Origin: Escherichia phage T7
Sequence record: OL964748.1
DNA length: 37,088 bases
Direction: 5' to 3' (one strand)
Shown here in pieces: positions 19,210-30,800 of the stretch. The notes under the pieces were generated by a model. That model was not told where the DNA came from, made no database searches, and saw only the letters and a program-made list of their open reading frames with translations. The position numbers and the translations under genes are program-made. The first letter of the stretch is position 1, and the number at the start of each line of letters is the position of its first letter.

Positions 19210-20133
19210 ATGGCTGAATCTAATGCAGACGTATATGCATCTTTTGGCGTGAACTCCGCTGTGATGTCTGGTGGTTCCGTTGAGGAACATGAGCAGAACA
19301 TGCTGGCTCTTGATGTTGCTGCCCGTGATGGCGATGATGCAATCGAGTTAGCGTCAGACGAAGTGGAAACAGAACGTGACCTGTATGACAACTCTGACCC
19401 GTTCGGTCAAGAGGATGACGAAGGCCGCATTCAGGTTCGTATCGGTGATGGCTCTGAGCCGACCGATGTGGACACTGGAGAAGAAGGCGTTGAGGGCACC
19501 GAAGGTTCCGAAGAGTTTACCCCACTGGGCGAGACTCCAGAAGAACTGGTAGCTGCCTCTGAGCAACTTGGTGAGCACGAAGAGGGCTTCCAAGAGATGA
19601 TTAACATTGCTGCTGAGCGTGGCATGAGTGTCGAGACCATTGAGGCTATCCAGCGTGAGTACGAGGAGAACGAAGAGTTGTCCGCCGAGTCCTACGCTAA
19701 GCTGGCTGAAATTGGCTACACGAAGGCTTTCATTGACTCGTATATCCGTGGTCAAGAAGCTCTGGTGGAGCAGTACGTAAACAGTGTCATTGAGTACGCT
19801 GGTGGTCGTGAACGTTTTGATGCACTGTATAACCACCTTGAGACGCACAACCCTGAGGCTGCACAGTCGCTGGATAATGCGTTGACCAATCGTGACTTAG
19901 CGACCGTTAAGGCTATCATCAACTTGGCTGGTGAGTCTCGCGCTAAGGCGTTCGGTCGTAAGCCAACTCGTAGTGTGACTAATCGTGCTATTCCGGCTAA
20001 ACCTCAGGCTACCAAGCGTGAAGGCTTTGCGGACCGTAGCGAGATGATTAAAGCTATGAGTGACCCTCGGTATCGCACAGATGCCAACTATCGTCGTCAA
20101 GTCGAACAGAAAGTAATCGATTCGAACTTCTGA
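19210..20133 (+). CDS. 9: Capsid assembly (scaffolding) protein (gene 9)
   Basis: 307-aa acidic ORF MAESNADVYASFGVNSAVMSGGSVEEHEQNMLALD... Confidence 0.95.
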   Translation: MAESNADVYASFGVNSAVMSGGSVEEHEQNMLALDVAARDGDDAIELASDEVETERDLYDNSDPFGQEDDEGRIQVRIGDGSEPTDVDTGEEGVEGTEGSEEFTPLGETPEELVAASEQLGEHEEGFQEMINIAAERGMSVETIEAIQREYEENEELSAESYAKLAEIGYTKAFIDSYIRGQEALVEQYVNSVIEYAGGRERFDALYNHLETHNPEAAQSLDNALTNRDLATVKAIINLAGESRAKAFGRKPTRSVTNRAIPAKPQATKREGFADRSEMIKAMSDPRYRTDANYRRQVEQKVIDSNF

Positions 20134-20146
20134 TAGACTTCGAAAT

Positions 20147-20169
20147 TAATACGACTCACTATAGGGAGA
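20147..20169 (+). promoter_or_regulatory. T7 promoter phi10 with the gene 10 leader and strong RBS
   Basis: taatacgactcactatagggagaccacaacggtttccctctagaaataattttgtttaactttaagaaggagatatacat ATG. Confidence 0.95.
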
Positions 20170-20226
20170 CCACAACGGTTTCCCTCTAGAAATAATTTTG
20201 TTTAACTTTAAGAAGGAGATATACAT

Positions 20227-21264
20227 ATGGCTAGCATGACTGGTGGACAGCAAATGGGTACTAACCAAGGTAAAGGTGTAGTTGCTGCTGGAGATAAACT
20301 GGCGTTGTTCTTGAAGGTATTTGGCGGTGAAGTCCTGACTGCGTTCGCTCGTACCTCCGTGACCACTTCTCGCCACATGGTACGTTCCATCTCCAGCGGT
20401 AAATCCGCTCAGTTCCCTGTTCTGGGTCGCACTCAGGCAGCGTATCTGGCTCCGGGCGAGAACCTCGACGATAAACGTAAGGACATCAAACACACCGAGA
20501 AGGTAATCACCATTGACGGTCTCCTGACGGCTGACGTTCTGATTTATGATATTGAGGACGCGATGAACCACTACGACGTTCGCTCTGAGTATACCTCTCA
20601 GTTGGGTGAATCTCTGGCGATGGCTGCGGATGGTGCGGTTCTGGCTGAGATTGCCGGTCTGTGTAACGTGGAAAGCAAATATAATGAGAACATCGAGGGC
20701 TTAGGTACTGCTACCGTAATTGAGACCACTCAGAACAAGGCCGCACTTACCGACCAAGTTGCGCTGGGTAAGGAGATTATTGCGGCTCTGACTAAGGCTC
20801 GTGCGGCTCTGACCAAGAACTATGTTCCGGCTGCTGACCGTGTGTTCTACTGTGACCCAGATAGCTACTCTGCGATTCTGGCAGCACTGATGCCGAACGC
20901 AGCAAACTACGCTGCTCTGATTGACCCTGAGAAGGGTTCTATCCGCAACGTTATGGGCTTTGAGGTTGTAGAAGTTCCGCACCTCACCGCTGGTGGTGCT
21001 GGTACCGCTCGTGAGGGCACTACTGGTCAGAAGCACGTCTTCCCTGCCAATAAAGGTGAGGGTAATGTCAAGGTTGCTAAGGACAACGTTATCGGCCTGT
21101 TCATGCACCGCTCTGCGGTAGGTACTGTTAAGCTGCGTGACTTGGCTCTGGAGCGCGCTCGCCGTGCTAACTTCCAAGCGGACCAGATTATCGCTAAGTA
21201 CGCAATGGGCCACGGTGGTCTTCGCCCAGAAGCTGCTGGTGCAGTGGTTTTCAAAGTGGAGTAA
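20227..21264 (+). CDS. 10: Major capsid protein 10A (gene 10)
   Basis: 345 aa MASMTGGQQMGTNQGKGVVAAGDKLALFLKVFGGEVLTAF...AGAVVFKVE. Confidence 0.98.
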   Translation: MASMTGGQQMGTNQGKGVVAAGDKLALFLKVFGGEVLTAFARTSVTTSRHMVRSISSGKSAQFPVLGRTQAAYLAPGENLDDKRKDIKHTEKVITIDGLLTADVLIYDIEDAMNHYDVRSEYTSQLGESLAMAADGAVLAEIAGLCNVESKYNENIEGLGTATVIETTQNKAALTDQVALGKEIIAALTKARAALTKNYVPAADRVFYCDPDSYSAILAALMPNAANYAALIDPEKGSIRNVMGFEVVEVPHLTAGGAGTAREGTTGQKHVFPANKGEGNVKVAKDNVIGLFMHRSAVGTVKLRDLALERARRANFQADQIIAKYAMGHGGLRPEAAGAVVFKVE

Positions 21265-21422
21265 TGCTGGGGGTGGCCTCAACGGTCGCTGCTAGTCCCG
21301 AAGAGGCGAGTGTTACTTCAACAGAAGAAACCTTAACGCCAGCACAGGAGGCCGCACGCACCCGCGCTGCTAACAAAGCCCGAAAGGAAGCTGAGTTGGC
21401 TGCTGCCACCGCTGAGCAATAA
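20227..21422 (+). CDS. 10: Minor capsid protein 10B produced by programmed -1 ribosomal frameshift near the end of 10A
   Basis: Slippery ggttttc at 21246..21252; the -1 frame continues to TAA at 21420..21422; known T7 gene 10 frameshift. Confidence 0.7.
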
Positions 21423-21470
21423 CTAGCATAACCCCTTGGGGCCTCTAAACGGGTCTTGAGGGGTTTTTTG
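21423..21470 (+). terminator. T-phi terminator for T7 RNA polymerase
   Basis: ctagcataaccccttggggcctctaaacgggtcttgaggggttttttg, hairpin plus U-tract. Confidence 0.95.
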
Positions 21471-21487
21471 CTGAAAGGAGGAACTAT

Positions 21488-22078
21488 ATGCGCTCATACG
21501 ATATGAACGTTGAGACTGCCGCTGAGTTATCAGCTGTGAACGACATTCTGGCGTCTATCGGTGAACCTCCGGTATCAACGCTGGAAGGTGACGCTAACGC
21601 AGATGCAGCGAACGCTCGGCGTATTCTCAACAAGATTAACCGACAGATTCAATCTCGTGGATGGACGTTCAACATTGAGGAAGGCATAACGCTACTACCT
21701 GATGTTTACTCCAACCTGATTGTATACAGTGACGACTATTTATCCCTAATGTCTACTTCCGGTCAATCCATCTACGTTAACCGAGGTGGCTATGTGTATG
21801 ACCGAACGAGTCAATCAGACCGCTTTGACTCTGGTATTACTGTGAACATTATTCGTCTCCGCGACTACGATGAGCTGCCTGAGTGCTTCCGTTACTGGAT
21901 TGTCACCAAGGCTTCCCGTCAGTTCAACAACCGATTCTTTGGGGAACCGGAAGTAGAGGGTGTACTCCAAGAAGAGGAAGATGAGGCTAGACGTCTCTGC
22001 ATGGAGTATGAGATGGACTACGGTGGGTACAATATGCTGGATGGAGATGCGTTCACTTCTGGTCTACTGACTCGCTAA
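21488..22078 (+). CDS. 11: Tail tubular protein A (gene 11)
   Basis: 196-aa [31 protein letters not shown]... Confidence 0.95.
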   Translation: MRSYDMNVETAAELSAVNDILASIGEPPVSTLEGDANADAANARRILNKINRQIQSRGWTFNIEEGITLLPDVYSNLIVYSDDYLSLMSTSGQSIYVNRGGYVYDRTSQSDRFDSGITVNIIRLRDYDELPECFRYWIVTKASRQFNNRFFGEPEVEGVLQEEEDEARRLCMEYEMDYGGYNMLDGDAFTSGLLTR

Positions 22079-22101
22079 CATTAATAAATAAGGAGGCTCT
22101 A

Positions 22102-24486
22102 ATGGCACTCATTAGCCAATCAATCAAGAACTTGAAGGGTGGTATCAGCCAACAGCCTGACATCCTTCGTTATCCAGACCAAGGGTCACGCCAAGTTAAC
22201 GGTTGGTCTTCGGAGACCGAGGGCCTCCAAAAGCGTCCACCTCTTGTTTTCTTAAATACACTTGGAGACAACGGTGCGTTAGGTCAAGCTCCGTACATCC
22301 ACCTGATTAACCGAGATGAGCACGAACAGTATTACGCTGTGTTCACTGGTAGCGGAATCCGAGTGTTCGACCTTTCTGGTAACGAGAAGCAAGTTAGGTA
22401 TCCTAACGGTTCCAACTACATCAAGACCGCTAATCCACGTAACGACCTGCGAATGGTTACTGTAGCAGACTATACGTTCATCGTTAACCGTAACGTTGTT
22501 GCACAGAAGAACACAAAGTCTGTCAACTTACCGAATTACAACCCTAATCAAGACGGATTGATTAACGTTCGTGGTGGTCAGTATGGTAGGGAACTAATTG
22601 TACACATTAACGGTAAAGACGTTGCGAAGTATAAGATACCAGATGGTAGTCAACCTGAACACGTAAACAATACGGATGCCCAATGGTTAGCTGAAGAGTT
22701 AGCCAAGCAGATGCGCACTAACTTGTCTGATTGGACTGTAAATGTAGGGCAAGGGTTCATCCATGTGACCGCACCTAGTGGTCAACAGATTGACTCCTTC
22801 ACGACTAAAGATGGCTACGCAGACCAGTTGATTAACCCTGTGACCCACTACGCTCAGTCGTTCTCTAAGCTGCCACCTAATGCTCCTAACGGCTACATGG
22901 TGAAAATCGTAGGGGACGCCTCTAAGTCTGCCGACCAGTATTACGTTCGGTATGACGCTGAGCGGAAAGTTTGGACTGAGACTTTAGGTTGGAACACTGA
23001 GGACCAAGTTCTATGGGAAACCTTGCCACACGCTCTTGTGCGAGCCGCTGACGGTAATTTCGACTTCAAGTGGCTTGAGTGGTCTCCTAAGTCTTGTGGT
23101 GACGTTGACACCAACCCTTGGCCTTCTTTTGTTGGTTCAAGTATTAACGATGTGTTCTTCTTCCGTAACCGCTTAGGATTCCTTAGTGGGGAGAACATCA
23201 TATTGAGTCGTACAGCCAAATACTTCAACTTCTACCCTGCGTCCATTGCGAACCTTAGTGATGACGACCCTATAGACGTAGCTGTGAGTACCAACCGAAT
23301 AGCAATCCTTAAGTACGCCGTTCCGTTCTCAGAAGAGTTACTCATCTGGTCCGATGAAGCACAATTCGTCCTGACTGCCTCGGGTACTCTCACATCTAAG
23401 TCGGTTGAGTTGAACCTAACGACCCAGTTTGACGTACAGGACCGAGCGAGACCTTTTGGGATTGGGCGTAATGTCTACTTTGCTAGTCCGAGGTCCAGCT
23501 TCACGTCCATCCACAGGTACTACGCTGTGCAGGATGTCAGTTCCGTTAAGAATGCTGAGGACATTACATCACACGTTCCTAACTACATCCCTAATGGTGT
23601 GTTCAGTATTTGCGGAAGTGGTACGGAAAACTTCTGTTCGGTACTATCTCACGGGGACCCTAGTAAAATCTTCATGTACAAATTCCTGTACCTGAACGAA
23701 GAGTTAAGGCAACAGTCGTGGTCTCATTGGGACTTTGGGGAAAACGTACAGGTTCTAGCTTGTCAGAGTATCAGCTCAGATATGTATGTGATTCTTCGCA
23801 ATGAGTTCAATACGTTCCTAGCTAGAATCTCTTTCACTAAGAACGCCATTGACTTACAGGGAGAACCCTATCGTGCCTTTATGGACATGAAGATTCGATA
23901 CACGATTCCTAGTGGAACATACAACGATGACACATTCACTACCTCTATTCATATTCCAACAATTTATGGTGCAAACTTCGGGAGGGGCAAAATCACTGTA
24001 TTGGAGCCTGATGGTAAGATAACCGTGTTTGAGCAACCTACGGCTGGGTGGAATAGCGACCCTTGGCTGAGACTCAGCGGTAACTTGGAGGGACGCATGG
24101 TGTACATTGGGTTCAACATTAACTTCGTATATGAGTTCTCTAAGTTCCTCATCAAGCAGACTGCCGACGACGGGTCTACCTCCACGGAAGACATTGGGCG
24201 CTTACAGTTACGCCGAGCGTGGGTTAACTACGAGGACTCTGGTACGTTTGACATTTATGTTGAGAACCAATCGTCTAACTGGAAGTACACAATGGCTGGT
24301 GCCCGATTAGGCTCTAACACTCTGAGGGCTGGGAGACTGAACTTAGGGACCGGACAATATCGATTCCCTGTGGTTGGTAACGCCAAGTTCAACACTGTAT
24401 ACATCTTGTCAGATGAGACTACCCCTCTGAACATCATTGGGTGTGGCTGGGAAGGTAACTACTTACGGAGAAGTTCCGGTATTTAA
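22102..24486 (+). CDS. 12: Tail tubular protein B (gene 12)
   Basis: 794-aa ORF MALISQSIKNLKGGISQQPDILRYPDQGS... Confidence 0.95.
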   Translation: MALISQSIKNLKGGISQQPDILRYPDQGSRQVNGWSSETEGLQKRPPLVFLNTLGDNGALGQAPYIHLINRDEHEQYYAVFTGSGIRVFDLSGNEKQVRYPNGSNYIKTANPRNDLRMVTVADYTFIVNRNVVAQKNTKSVNLPNYNPNQDGLINVRGGQYGRELIVHINGKDVAKYKIPDGSQPEHVNNTDAQWLAEELAKQMRTNLSDWTVNVGQGFIHVTAPSGQQIDSFTTKDGYADQLINPVTHYAQSFSKLPPNAPNGYMVKIVGDASKSADQYYVRYDAERKVWTETLGWNTEDQVLWETLPHALVRAADGNFDFKWLEWSPKSCGDVDTNPWPSFVGSSINDVFFFRNRLGFLSGENIILSRTAKYFNFYPASIANLSDDDPIDVAVSTNRIAILKYAVPFSEELLIWSDEAQFVLTASGTLTSKSVELNLTTQFDVQDRARPFGIGRNVYFASPRSSFTSIHRYYAVQDVSSVKNAEDITSHVPNYIPNGVFSICGSGTENFCSVLSHGDPSKIFMYKFLYLNEELRQQSWSHWDFGENVQVLACQSISSDMYVILRNEFNTFLARISFTKNAIDLQGEPYRAFMDMKIRYTIPSGTYNDDTFTTSIHIPTIYGANFGRGKITVLEPDGKITVFEQPTAGWNSDPWLRLSGNLEGRMVYIGFNINFVYEFSKFLIKQTADDGSTSTEDIGRLQLRRAWVNYEDSGTFDIYVENQSSNWKYTMAGARLGSNTLRAGRLNLGTGQYRFPVVGNAKFNTVYILSDETTPLNIIGCGWEGNYLRRSSGI

Positions 24487-24516
24487 TTAAATATTCTCCC
24501 TGTGGTGGCTCGAAAT

Positions 24517-24539
24517 TAATACGACTCACTATAGGGAGA
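24517..24539 (+). promoter_or_regulatory. T7 promoter phi13
   Basis: taatacgactcactatagggaga. Confidence 0.9.
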
Positions 24540-24566
24540 ACAATACGACTACGGGAGGGTTTTCTT

Positions 24567-24983
24567 ATGATGACTATAAGACCTACTAAAAGTACAGACT
24601 TTGAGGTATTCACTCCGGCTCACCATGACATTCTTGAAGCTAAGGCTGCTGGTATTGAGCCGAGTTTCCCTGATGCTTCCGAGTGTGTCACGTTGAGCCT
24701 CTATGGGTTCCCTCTAGCTATCGGTGGTAACTGCGGGGACCAGTGCTGGTTCGTTACGAGCGACCAAGTGTGGCGACTTAGTGGAAAGGCTAAGCGAAAG
24801 TTCCGTAAGTTAATCATGGAGTATCGCGATAAGATGCTTGAGAAGTATGATACTCTTTGGAATTACGTATGGGTAGGCAATACGTCCCACATTCGTTTCC
24901 TCAAGACTATCGGTGCGGTATTCCATGAAGAGTACACACGAGATGGTCAATTTCAGTTATTTACAATCACGAAAGGAGGATAA
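24567..24983 (+). CDS. 13: Internal virion protein A (gene 13)
   Basis: 138-aa ORF MMTIRPTKSTDFEVFTPAHHDILEAK... Confidence 0.9.
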   Translation: MMTIRPTKSTDFEVFTPAHHDILEAKAAGIEPSFPDASECVTLSLYGFPLAIGGNCGDQCWFVTSDQVWRLSGKAKRKFRKLIMEYRDKMLEKYDTLWNYVWVGNTSHIRFLKTIGAVFHEEYTRDGQFQLFTITKGG

Positions 24984-24987
24984 CCAT

Positions 24988-25578
24988 ATGTGTTGGGCAG
25001 CCGCAATACCTATCGCTATATCTGGCGCTCAGGCTATCAGTGGTCAGAACGCTCAGGCCAAAATGATTGCCGCTCAGACCGCTGCTGGTCGTCGTCAAGC
25101 TATGGAAATCATGAGGCAGACGAACATCCAGAATGCTGACCTATCGTTGCAAGCTCGAAGTAAACTTGAGGAAGCGTCCGCCGAGTTGACCTCACAGAAC
25201 ATGCAGAAGGTCCAAGCTATTGGGTCTATCCGAGCGGCTATCGGAGAGAGTATGCTTGAAGGTTCCTCAATGGACCGCATTAAGCGAGTCACAGAAGGAC
25301 AGTTCATTCGGGAAGCCAATATGGTAACTGAGAACTATCGCCGTGACTACCAAGCAATCTTCGCACAGCAACTTGGTGGTACTCAAAGTGCTGCAAGTCA
25401 GATTGACGAAATCTATAAGAGCGAACAGAAACAGAAGAGTAAGCTACAGATGGTTCTGGACCCACTGGCTATCATGGGGTCTTCCGCTGCGAGTGCTTAC
25501 GCATCCGGTGCGTTCGACTCTAAGTCCACAACTAAGGCACCTATTGTTGCCGCTAAAGGAACCAAGACGGGGAGGTAA
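24988..25578 (+). CDS. 14: Internal core protein B (gene 14)
   Basis: 196 aa from MCWAAAIPIAISGAQAISGQNAQAKMIAAQ...; the track ORF 24913..25578 is an upstream extension. Confidence 0.9.
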   Translation: MCWAAAIPIAISGAQAISGQNAQAKMIAAQTAAGRRQAMEIMRQTNIQNADLSLQARSKLEEASAELTSQNMQKVQAIGSIRAAIGESMLEGSSMDRIKRVTEGQFIREANMVTENYRRDYQAIFAQQLGGTQSAASQIDEIYKSEQKQKSKLQMVLDPLAIMGSSAASAYASGAFDSKSTTKAPIVAAKGTKTGR

Positions 25579-25584
25579 TGAGCT

Positions 25585-27828
25585 ATGAGTAAAATTGAAT
25601 CTGCCCTTCAAGCGGCACAACCGGGACTCTCTCGGTTACATGGTGGTGCTGGAGGTATGGGCTATCGTGCAGCAACCACTCAGGCCGAACAGCCAAGGTC
25701 AAGCCTATTGGACACCATTGGTCGGTTCGCTAAGGCTGGTGCCGATATGTATACCGCTAAGGAACAACGAGCACGAGACCTAGCTGATGAACGCTCTAAC
25801 GAGATTATCCGTAAGCTGACCCCTGAGCAACGTCGAGAAGCTCTCAACAACGGGACCCTTCTGTATCAGGATGACCCATACGCTATGGAAGCACTCCGAG
25901 TCAAGACTGGTCGTAACGCTGCGTATCTTGTGGACGATGACGTTATGCAGAAGATAAAAGAGGGTGTCTTCCGTACTCGCGAAGAGATGGAAGAGTATCG
26001 CCATAGTCGCCTTCAAGAGGGCGCTAAGGTATACGCTGAGCAGTTCGGCATCGACCCTGAGGACGTTGATTATCAGCGTGGTTTCAACGGGGACATTACC
26101 GAGCGTAACATCTCGCTGTATGGTGCGCATGATAACTTCTTGAGCCAGCAAGCTCAGAAGGGCGCTATCATGAACAGCCGAGTGGAACTCAACGGTGTCC
26201 TTCAAGACCCTGATATGCTGCGTCGTCCAGACTCTGCTGACTTCTTTGAGAAGTATATCGACAACGGTCTGGTTACTGGCGCAATCCCATCTGATGCTCA
26301 AGCCACACAGCTTATAAGCCAAGCGTTCAGTGACGCTTCTAGCCGTGCTGGTGGTGCTGACTTCCTGATGCGAGTCGGTGACAAGAAGGTAACACTTAAC
26401 GGAGCCACTACGACTTACCGAGAGTTGATTGGTGAGGAACAGTGGAACGCTCTCATGGTCACAGCACAACGTTCTCAGTTTGAGACTGACGCGAAGCTGA
26501 ACGAGCAGTATCGCTTGAAGATTAACTCTGCGCTGAACCAAGAGGACCCAAGGACAGCTTGGGAGATGCTTCAAGGTATCAAGGCTGAACTAGATAAGGT
26601 CCAACCTGATGAGCAGATGACACCACAACGTGAGTGGCTAATCTCCGCACAGGAACAAGTTCAGAATCAGATGAACGCATGGACGAAAGCTCAGGCCAAG
26701 GCTCTGGACGATTCCATGAAGTCAATGAACAAACTTGACGTAATCGACAAGCAATTCCAGAAGCGAATCAACGGTGAGTGGGTCTCAACGGATTTTAAGG
26801 ATATGCCAGTCAACGAGAACACTGGTGAGTTCAAGCATAGCGATATGGTTAACTACGCCAATAAGAAGCTCGCTGAGATTGACAGTATGGACATTCCAGA
26901 CGGTGCCAAGGATGCTATGAAGTTGAAGTACCTTCAAGCGGACTCTAAGGACGGAGCATTCCGTACAGCCATCGGAACCATGGTCACTGACGCTGGTCAA
27001 GAGTGGTCTGCCGCTGTGATTAACGGTAAGTTACCAGAACGAACCCCAGCTATGGATGCTCTGCGCAGAATCCGCAATGCTGACCCTCAGTTGATTGCTG
27101 CGCTATACCCAGACCAAGCTGAGCTATTCCTGACGATGGACATGATGGACAAGCAGGGTATTGACCCTCAGGTTATTCTTGATGCCGACCGACTGACTGT
27201 TAAGCGGTCCAAAGAGCAACGCTTTGAGGATGATAAAGCATTCGAGTCTGCACTGAATGCATCTAAGGCTCCTGAGATTGCCCGTATGCCAGCGTCACTG
27301 CGCGAATCTGCACGTAAGATTTATGACTCCGTTAAGTATCGCTCGGGGAACGAAAGCATGGCTATGGAGCAGATGACCAAGTTCCTTAAGGAATCTACCT
27401 ACACGTTCACTGGTGATGATGTTGACGGTGATACCGTTGGTGTGATTCCTAAGAATATGATGCAGGTTAACTCTGACCCGAAATCATGGGAGCAAGGTCG
27501 GGATATTCTGGAGGAAGCACGTAAGGGAATCATTGCGAGCAACCCTTGGATAACCAATAAGCAACTGACCATGTATTCTCAAGGTGACTCCATTTACCTT
27601 ATGGACACCACAGGTCAAGTCAGAGTCCGATACGACAAAGAGTTACTCTCGAAGGTCTGGAGTGAGAACCAGAAGAAACTCGAAGAGAAAGCTCGTGAGA
27701 AGGCTCTGGCTGATGTGAACAAGCGAGCACCTATAGTTGCCGCTACGAAGGCCCGTGAAGCTGCTGCTAAACGAGTCCGAGAGAAACGTAAACAGACTCC
27801 TAAGTTCATCTACGGACGTAAGGAGTAA
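25585..27828 (+). CDS. 15: Internal core protein C (gene 15)
   Basis: 747-aa ORF MSKIESALQAAQPGLSRLHGGAGGMGYRAA... Confidence 0.95.
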   Translation: MSKIESALQAAQPGLSRLHGGAGGMGYRAATTQAEQPRSSLLDTIGRFAKAGADMYTAKEQRARDLADERSNEIIRKLTPEQRREALNNGTLLYQDDPYAMEALRVKTGRNAAYLVDDDVMQKIKEGVFRTREEMEEYRHSRLQEGAKVYAEQFGIDPEDVDYQRGFNGDITERNISLYGAHDNFLSQQAQKGAIMNSRVELNGVLQDPDMLRRPDSADFFEKYIDNGLVTGAIPSDAQATQLISQAFSDASSRAGGADFLMRVGDKKVTLNGATTTYRELIGEEQWNALMVTAQRSQFETDAKLNEQYRLKINSALNQEDPRTAWEMLQGIKAELDKVQPDEQMTPQREWLISAQEQVQNQMNAWTKAQAKALDDSMKSMNKLDVIDKQFQKRINGEWVSTDFKDMPVNENTGEFKHSDMVNYANKKLAEIDSMDIPDGAKDAMKLKYLQADSKDGAFRTAIGTMVTDAGQEWSAAVINGKLPERTPAMDALRRIRNADPQLIAALYPDQAELFLTMDMMDKQGIDPQVILDADRLTVKRSKEQRFEDDKAFESALNASKAPEIARMPASLRESARKIYDSVKYRSGNESMAMEQMTKFLKESTYTFTGDDVDGDTVGVIPKNMMQVNSDPKSWEQGRDILEEARKGIIASNPWITNKQLTMYSQGDSIYLMDTTGQVRVRYDKELLSKVWSENQKKLEEKAREKALADVNKRAPIVAATKAREAAAKRVREKRKQTPKFIYGRKE

Positions 27829-27854
27829 CTAAAGGCTACATAAGGAGGCCCTAA

Positions 27855-30800
27855 ATGGATAAGTACGATAAGAACGTACCAAGTGATTATGATGGTCTGT
27901 TCCAAAAGGCTGCTGATGCCAACGGGGTCTCTTATGACCTTTTACGTAAAGTCGCTTGGACAGAATCACGATTTGTGCCTACAGCAAAATCTAAGACTGG
28001 ACCATTAGGCATGATGCAATTTACCAAGGCAACCGCTAAGGCCCTCGGTCTGCGAGTTACCGATGGTCCAGACGACGACCGACTGAACCCTGAGTTAGCT
28101 ATTAATGCTGCCGCTAAGCAACTTGCAGGTCTGGTAGGGAAGTTTGATGGCGATGAACTCAAAGCTGCCCTTGCGTACAACCAAGGCGAGGGACGCTTGG
28201 GTAATCCACAACTTGAGGCGTACTCTAAGGGAGACTTCGCATCAATCTCTGAGGAGGGACGTAACTACATGCGTAACCTTCTGGATGTTGCTAAGTCACC
28301 TATGGCTGGACAGTTGGAAACTTTTGGTGGCATAACCCCAAAGGGTAAAGGCATTCCGGCTGAGGTAGGATTGGCTGGAATTGGTCACAAGCAGAAAGTA
28401 ACACAGGAACTTCCTGAGTCCACAAGTTTTGACGTTAAGGGTATCGAACAGGAGGCTACGGCGAAACCATTCGCCAAGGACTTTTGGGAGACCCACGGAG
28501 AAACACTTGACGAGTACAACAGTCGTTCAACCTTCTTCGGATTCAAAAATGCTGCCGAAGCTGAACTCTCCAACTCAGTAGCTGGGATGGCTTTCCGTGC
28601 TGGTCGTCTCGATAATGGTTTTGATGTGTTTAAAGACACCATTACGCCGACTCGCTGGAACTCTCACATCTGGACTCCAGAGGAGTTAGAGAAGATTCGA
28701 ACAGAGGTTAAGAACCCTGCGTACATCAACGTTGTAACTGGTGGTTCCCCTGAGAACCTCGATGACCTCATTAAATTGGCTAACGAGAACTTTGAGAATG
28801 ACTCCCGCGCTGCCGAGGCTGGCCTAGGTGCCAAACTGAGTGCTGGTATTATTGGTGCTGGTGTGGACCCGCTTAGCTATGTTCCTATGGTCGGTGTCAC
28901 TGGTAAGGGCTTTAAGTTAATCAATAAGGCTCTTGTAGTTGGTGCCGAAAGTGCTGCTCTGAACGTTGCATCCGAAGGTCTCCGTACCTCCGTAGCTGGT
29001 GGTGACGCAGACTATGCGGGTGCTGCCTTAGGTGGCTTTGTGTTTGGCGCAGGCATGTCTGCAATCAGTGACGCTGTAGCTGCTGGACTGAAACGCAGTA
29101 AACCAGAAGCTGAGTTCGACAATGAGTTCATCGGTCCTATGATGCGATTGGAAGCCCGTGAGACAGCACGAAACGCCAACTCTGCGGACCTCTCTCGGAT
29201 GAACACTGAGAACATGAAGTTTGAAGGTGAACATAATGGTGTCCCTTATGAGGACTTACCAACAGAGAGAGGTGCCGTGGTGTTACATGATGGCTCCGTT
29301 CTAAGTGCAAGCAACCCAATCAACCCTAAGACTCTAAAAGAGTTCTCCGAGGTTGACCCTGAGAAGGCTGCGCGAGGAATCAAACTGGCTGGGTTCACCG
29401 AGATTGGCTTGAAGACCTTGGGGTCTGACGATGCTGACATCCGTAGAGTGGCTATCGACCTCGTTCGCTCTCCTACTGGTATGCAGTCTGGTGCCTCAGG
29501 TAAGTTCGGTGCAACAGCTTCTGACATCCATGAGAGACTTCATGGTACTGACCAGCGTACTTATAATGACTTGTACAAAGCAATGTCTGACGCTATGAAA
29601 GACCCTGAGTTCTCTACTGGCGGCGCTAAGATGTCCCGTGAAGAAACTCGATACACTATCTACCGTAGAGCGGCACTAGCTATTGAGCGTCCAGAACTAC
29701 AGAAGGCACTCACTCCGTCTGAGAGAATCGTTATGGACATCATTAAGCGTCACTTTGACACCAAGCGTGAACTTATGGAAAACCCAGCAATATTCGGTAA
29801 CACAAAGGCTGTGAGTATCTTCCCTGAGAGTCGCCACAAAGGTACTTACGTTCCTCACGTATATGACCGTCATGCCAAGGCGCTGATGATTCAACGCTAC
29901 GGTGCCGAAGGTTTGCAGGAAGGGATTGCCCGCTCATGGATGAACAGCTACGTCTCCAGACCTGAGGTCAAGGCCAGAGTCGATGAGATGCTTAAGGAAT
30001 TACACGGGGTGAAGGAAGTAACACCAGAGATGGTAGAGAAGTACGCTATGGATAAGGCTTATGGTATCTCCCACTCAGACCAGTTCACCAACAGTTCCAT
30101 AATAGAAGAGAACATTGAGGGCTTAGTAGGTATCGAGAATAACTCATTCCTTGAGGCACGTAACTTGTTTGATTCGGACCTATCCATCACTATGCCAGAC
30201 GGACAGCAATTCTCAGTGAATGACCTAAGGGACTTCGATATGTTCCGCATCATGCCCGCGTATGACCGCCGTGTCAATAGTGACATCGCCATCATGGGGT
30301 CTACTGGTAAAACCACTAAGGAACTTAAGGATGAGATTTTGGCTCTCAAAGCGAAAGCTGAGGGAGACGGTAAGAAGACTGGCGAGGTACATGCTTTAAT
30401 GGATACCGTTAAGATTCTTACTGGTCGTGCTAGACGCAATCAGGACACTGTGTGGGAAACCTCACTGCGTGCCATCAATGACCTAGGGTTCTTCGCTAAG
30501 AACGCCTACATGGGTGCTCAGAACATTACGGAGATTGCTGGGATGATTGTCACTGGTAACGTTCGTGCTCTAGGGCATGGTATCCCAATTCTGCGTGATA
30601 CACTCTACAAGTCTAAACCAGTTTCAGCTAAGGAACTCAAGGAACTCCATGCGTCTCTGTTCGGGAAGGAGGTGGACCAGTTGATTCGGCCTAAACGTGC
30701 TGACATTGTGCAGCGCCTAAGGGAAGCAACTGATACCGGACCTGCCGTGGCGAACATCGTAGGGACCTTGAAGTATTCAACACAGGAACTGGCTGCTCGC

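Noticed and set aside
25780-26574. Long minus-strand ORFs (for example 264 aa at 25780..26574, 177 aa at 12840..13373, 193 aa at 20701..21282)
   Set aside because: They lie entirely inside well-supported + strand genes (15, 5, 10); T7 transcribes only left to right and none has a promoter or RBS context; treated as frame artefacts
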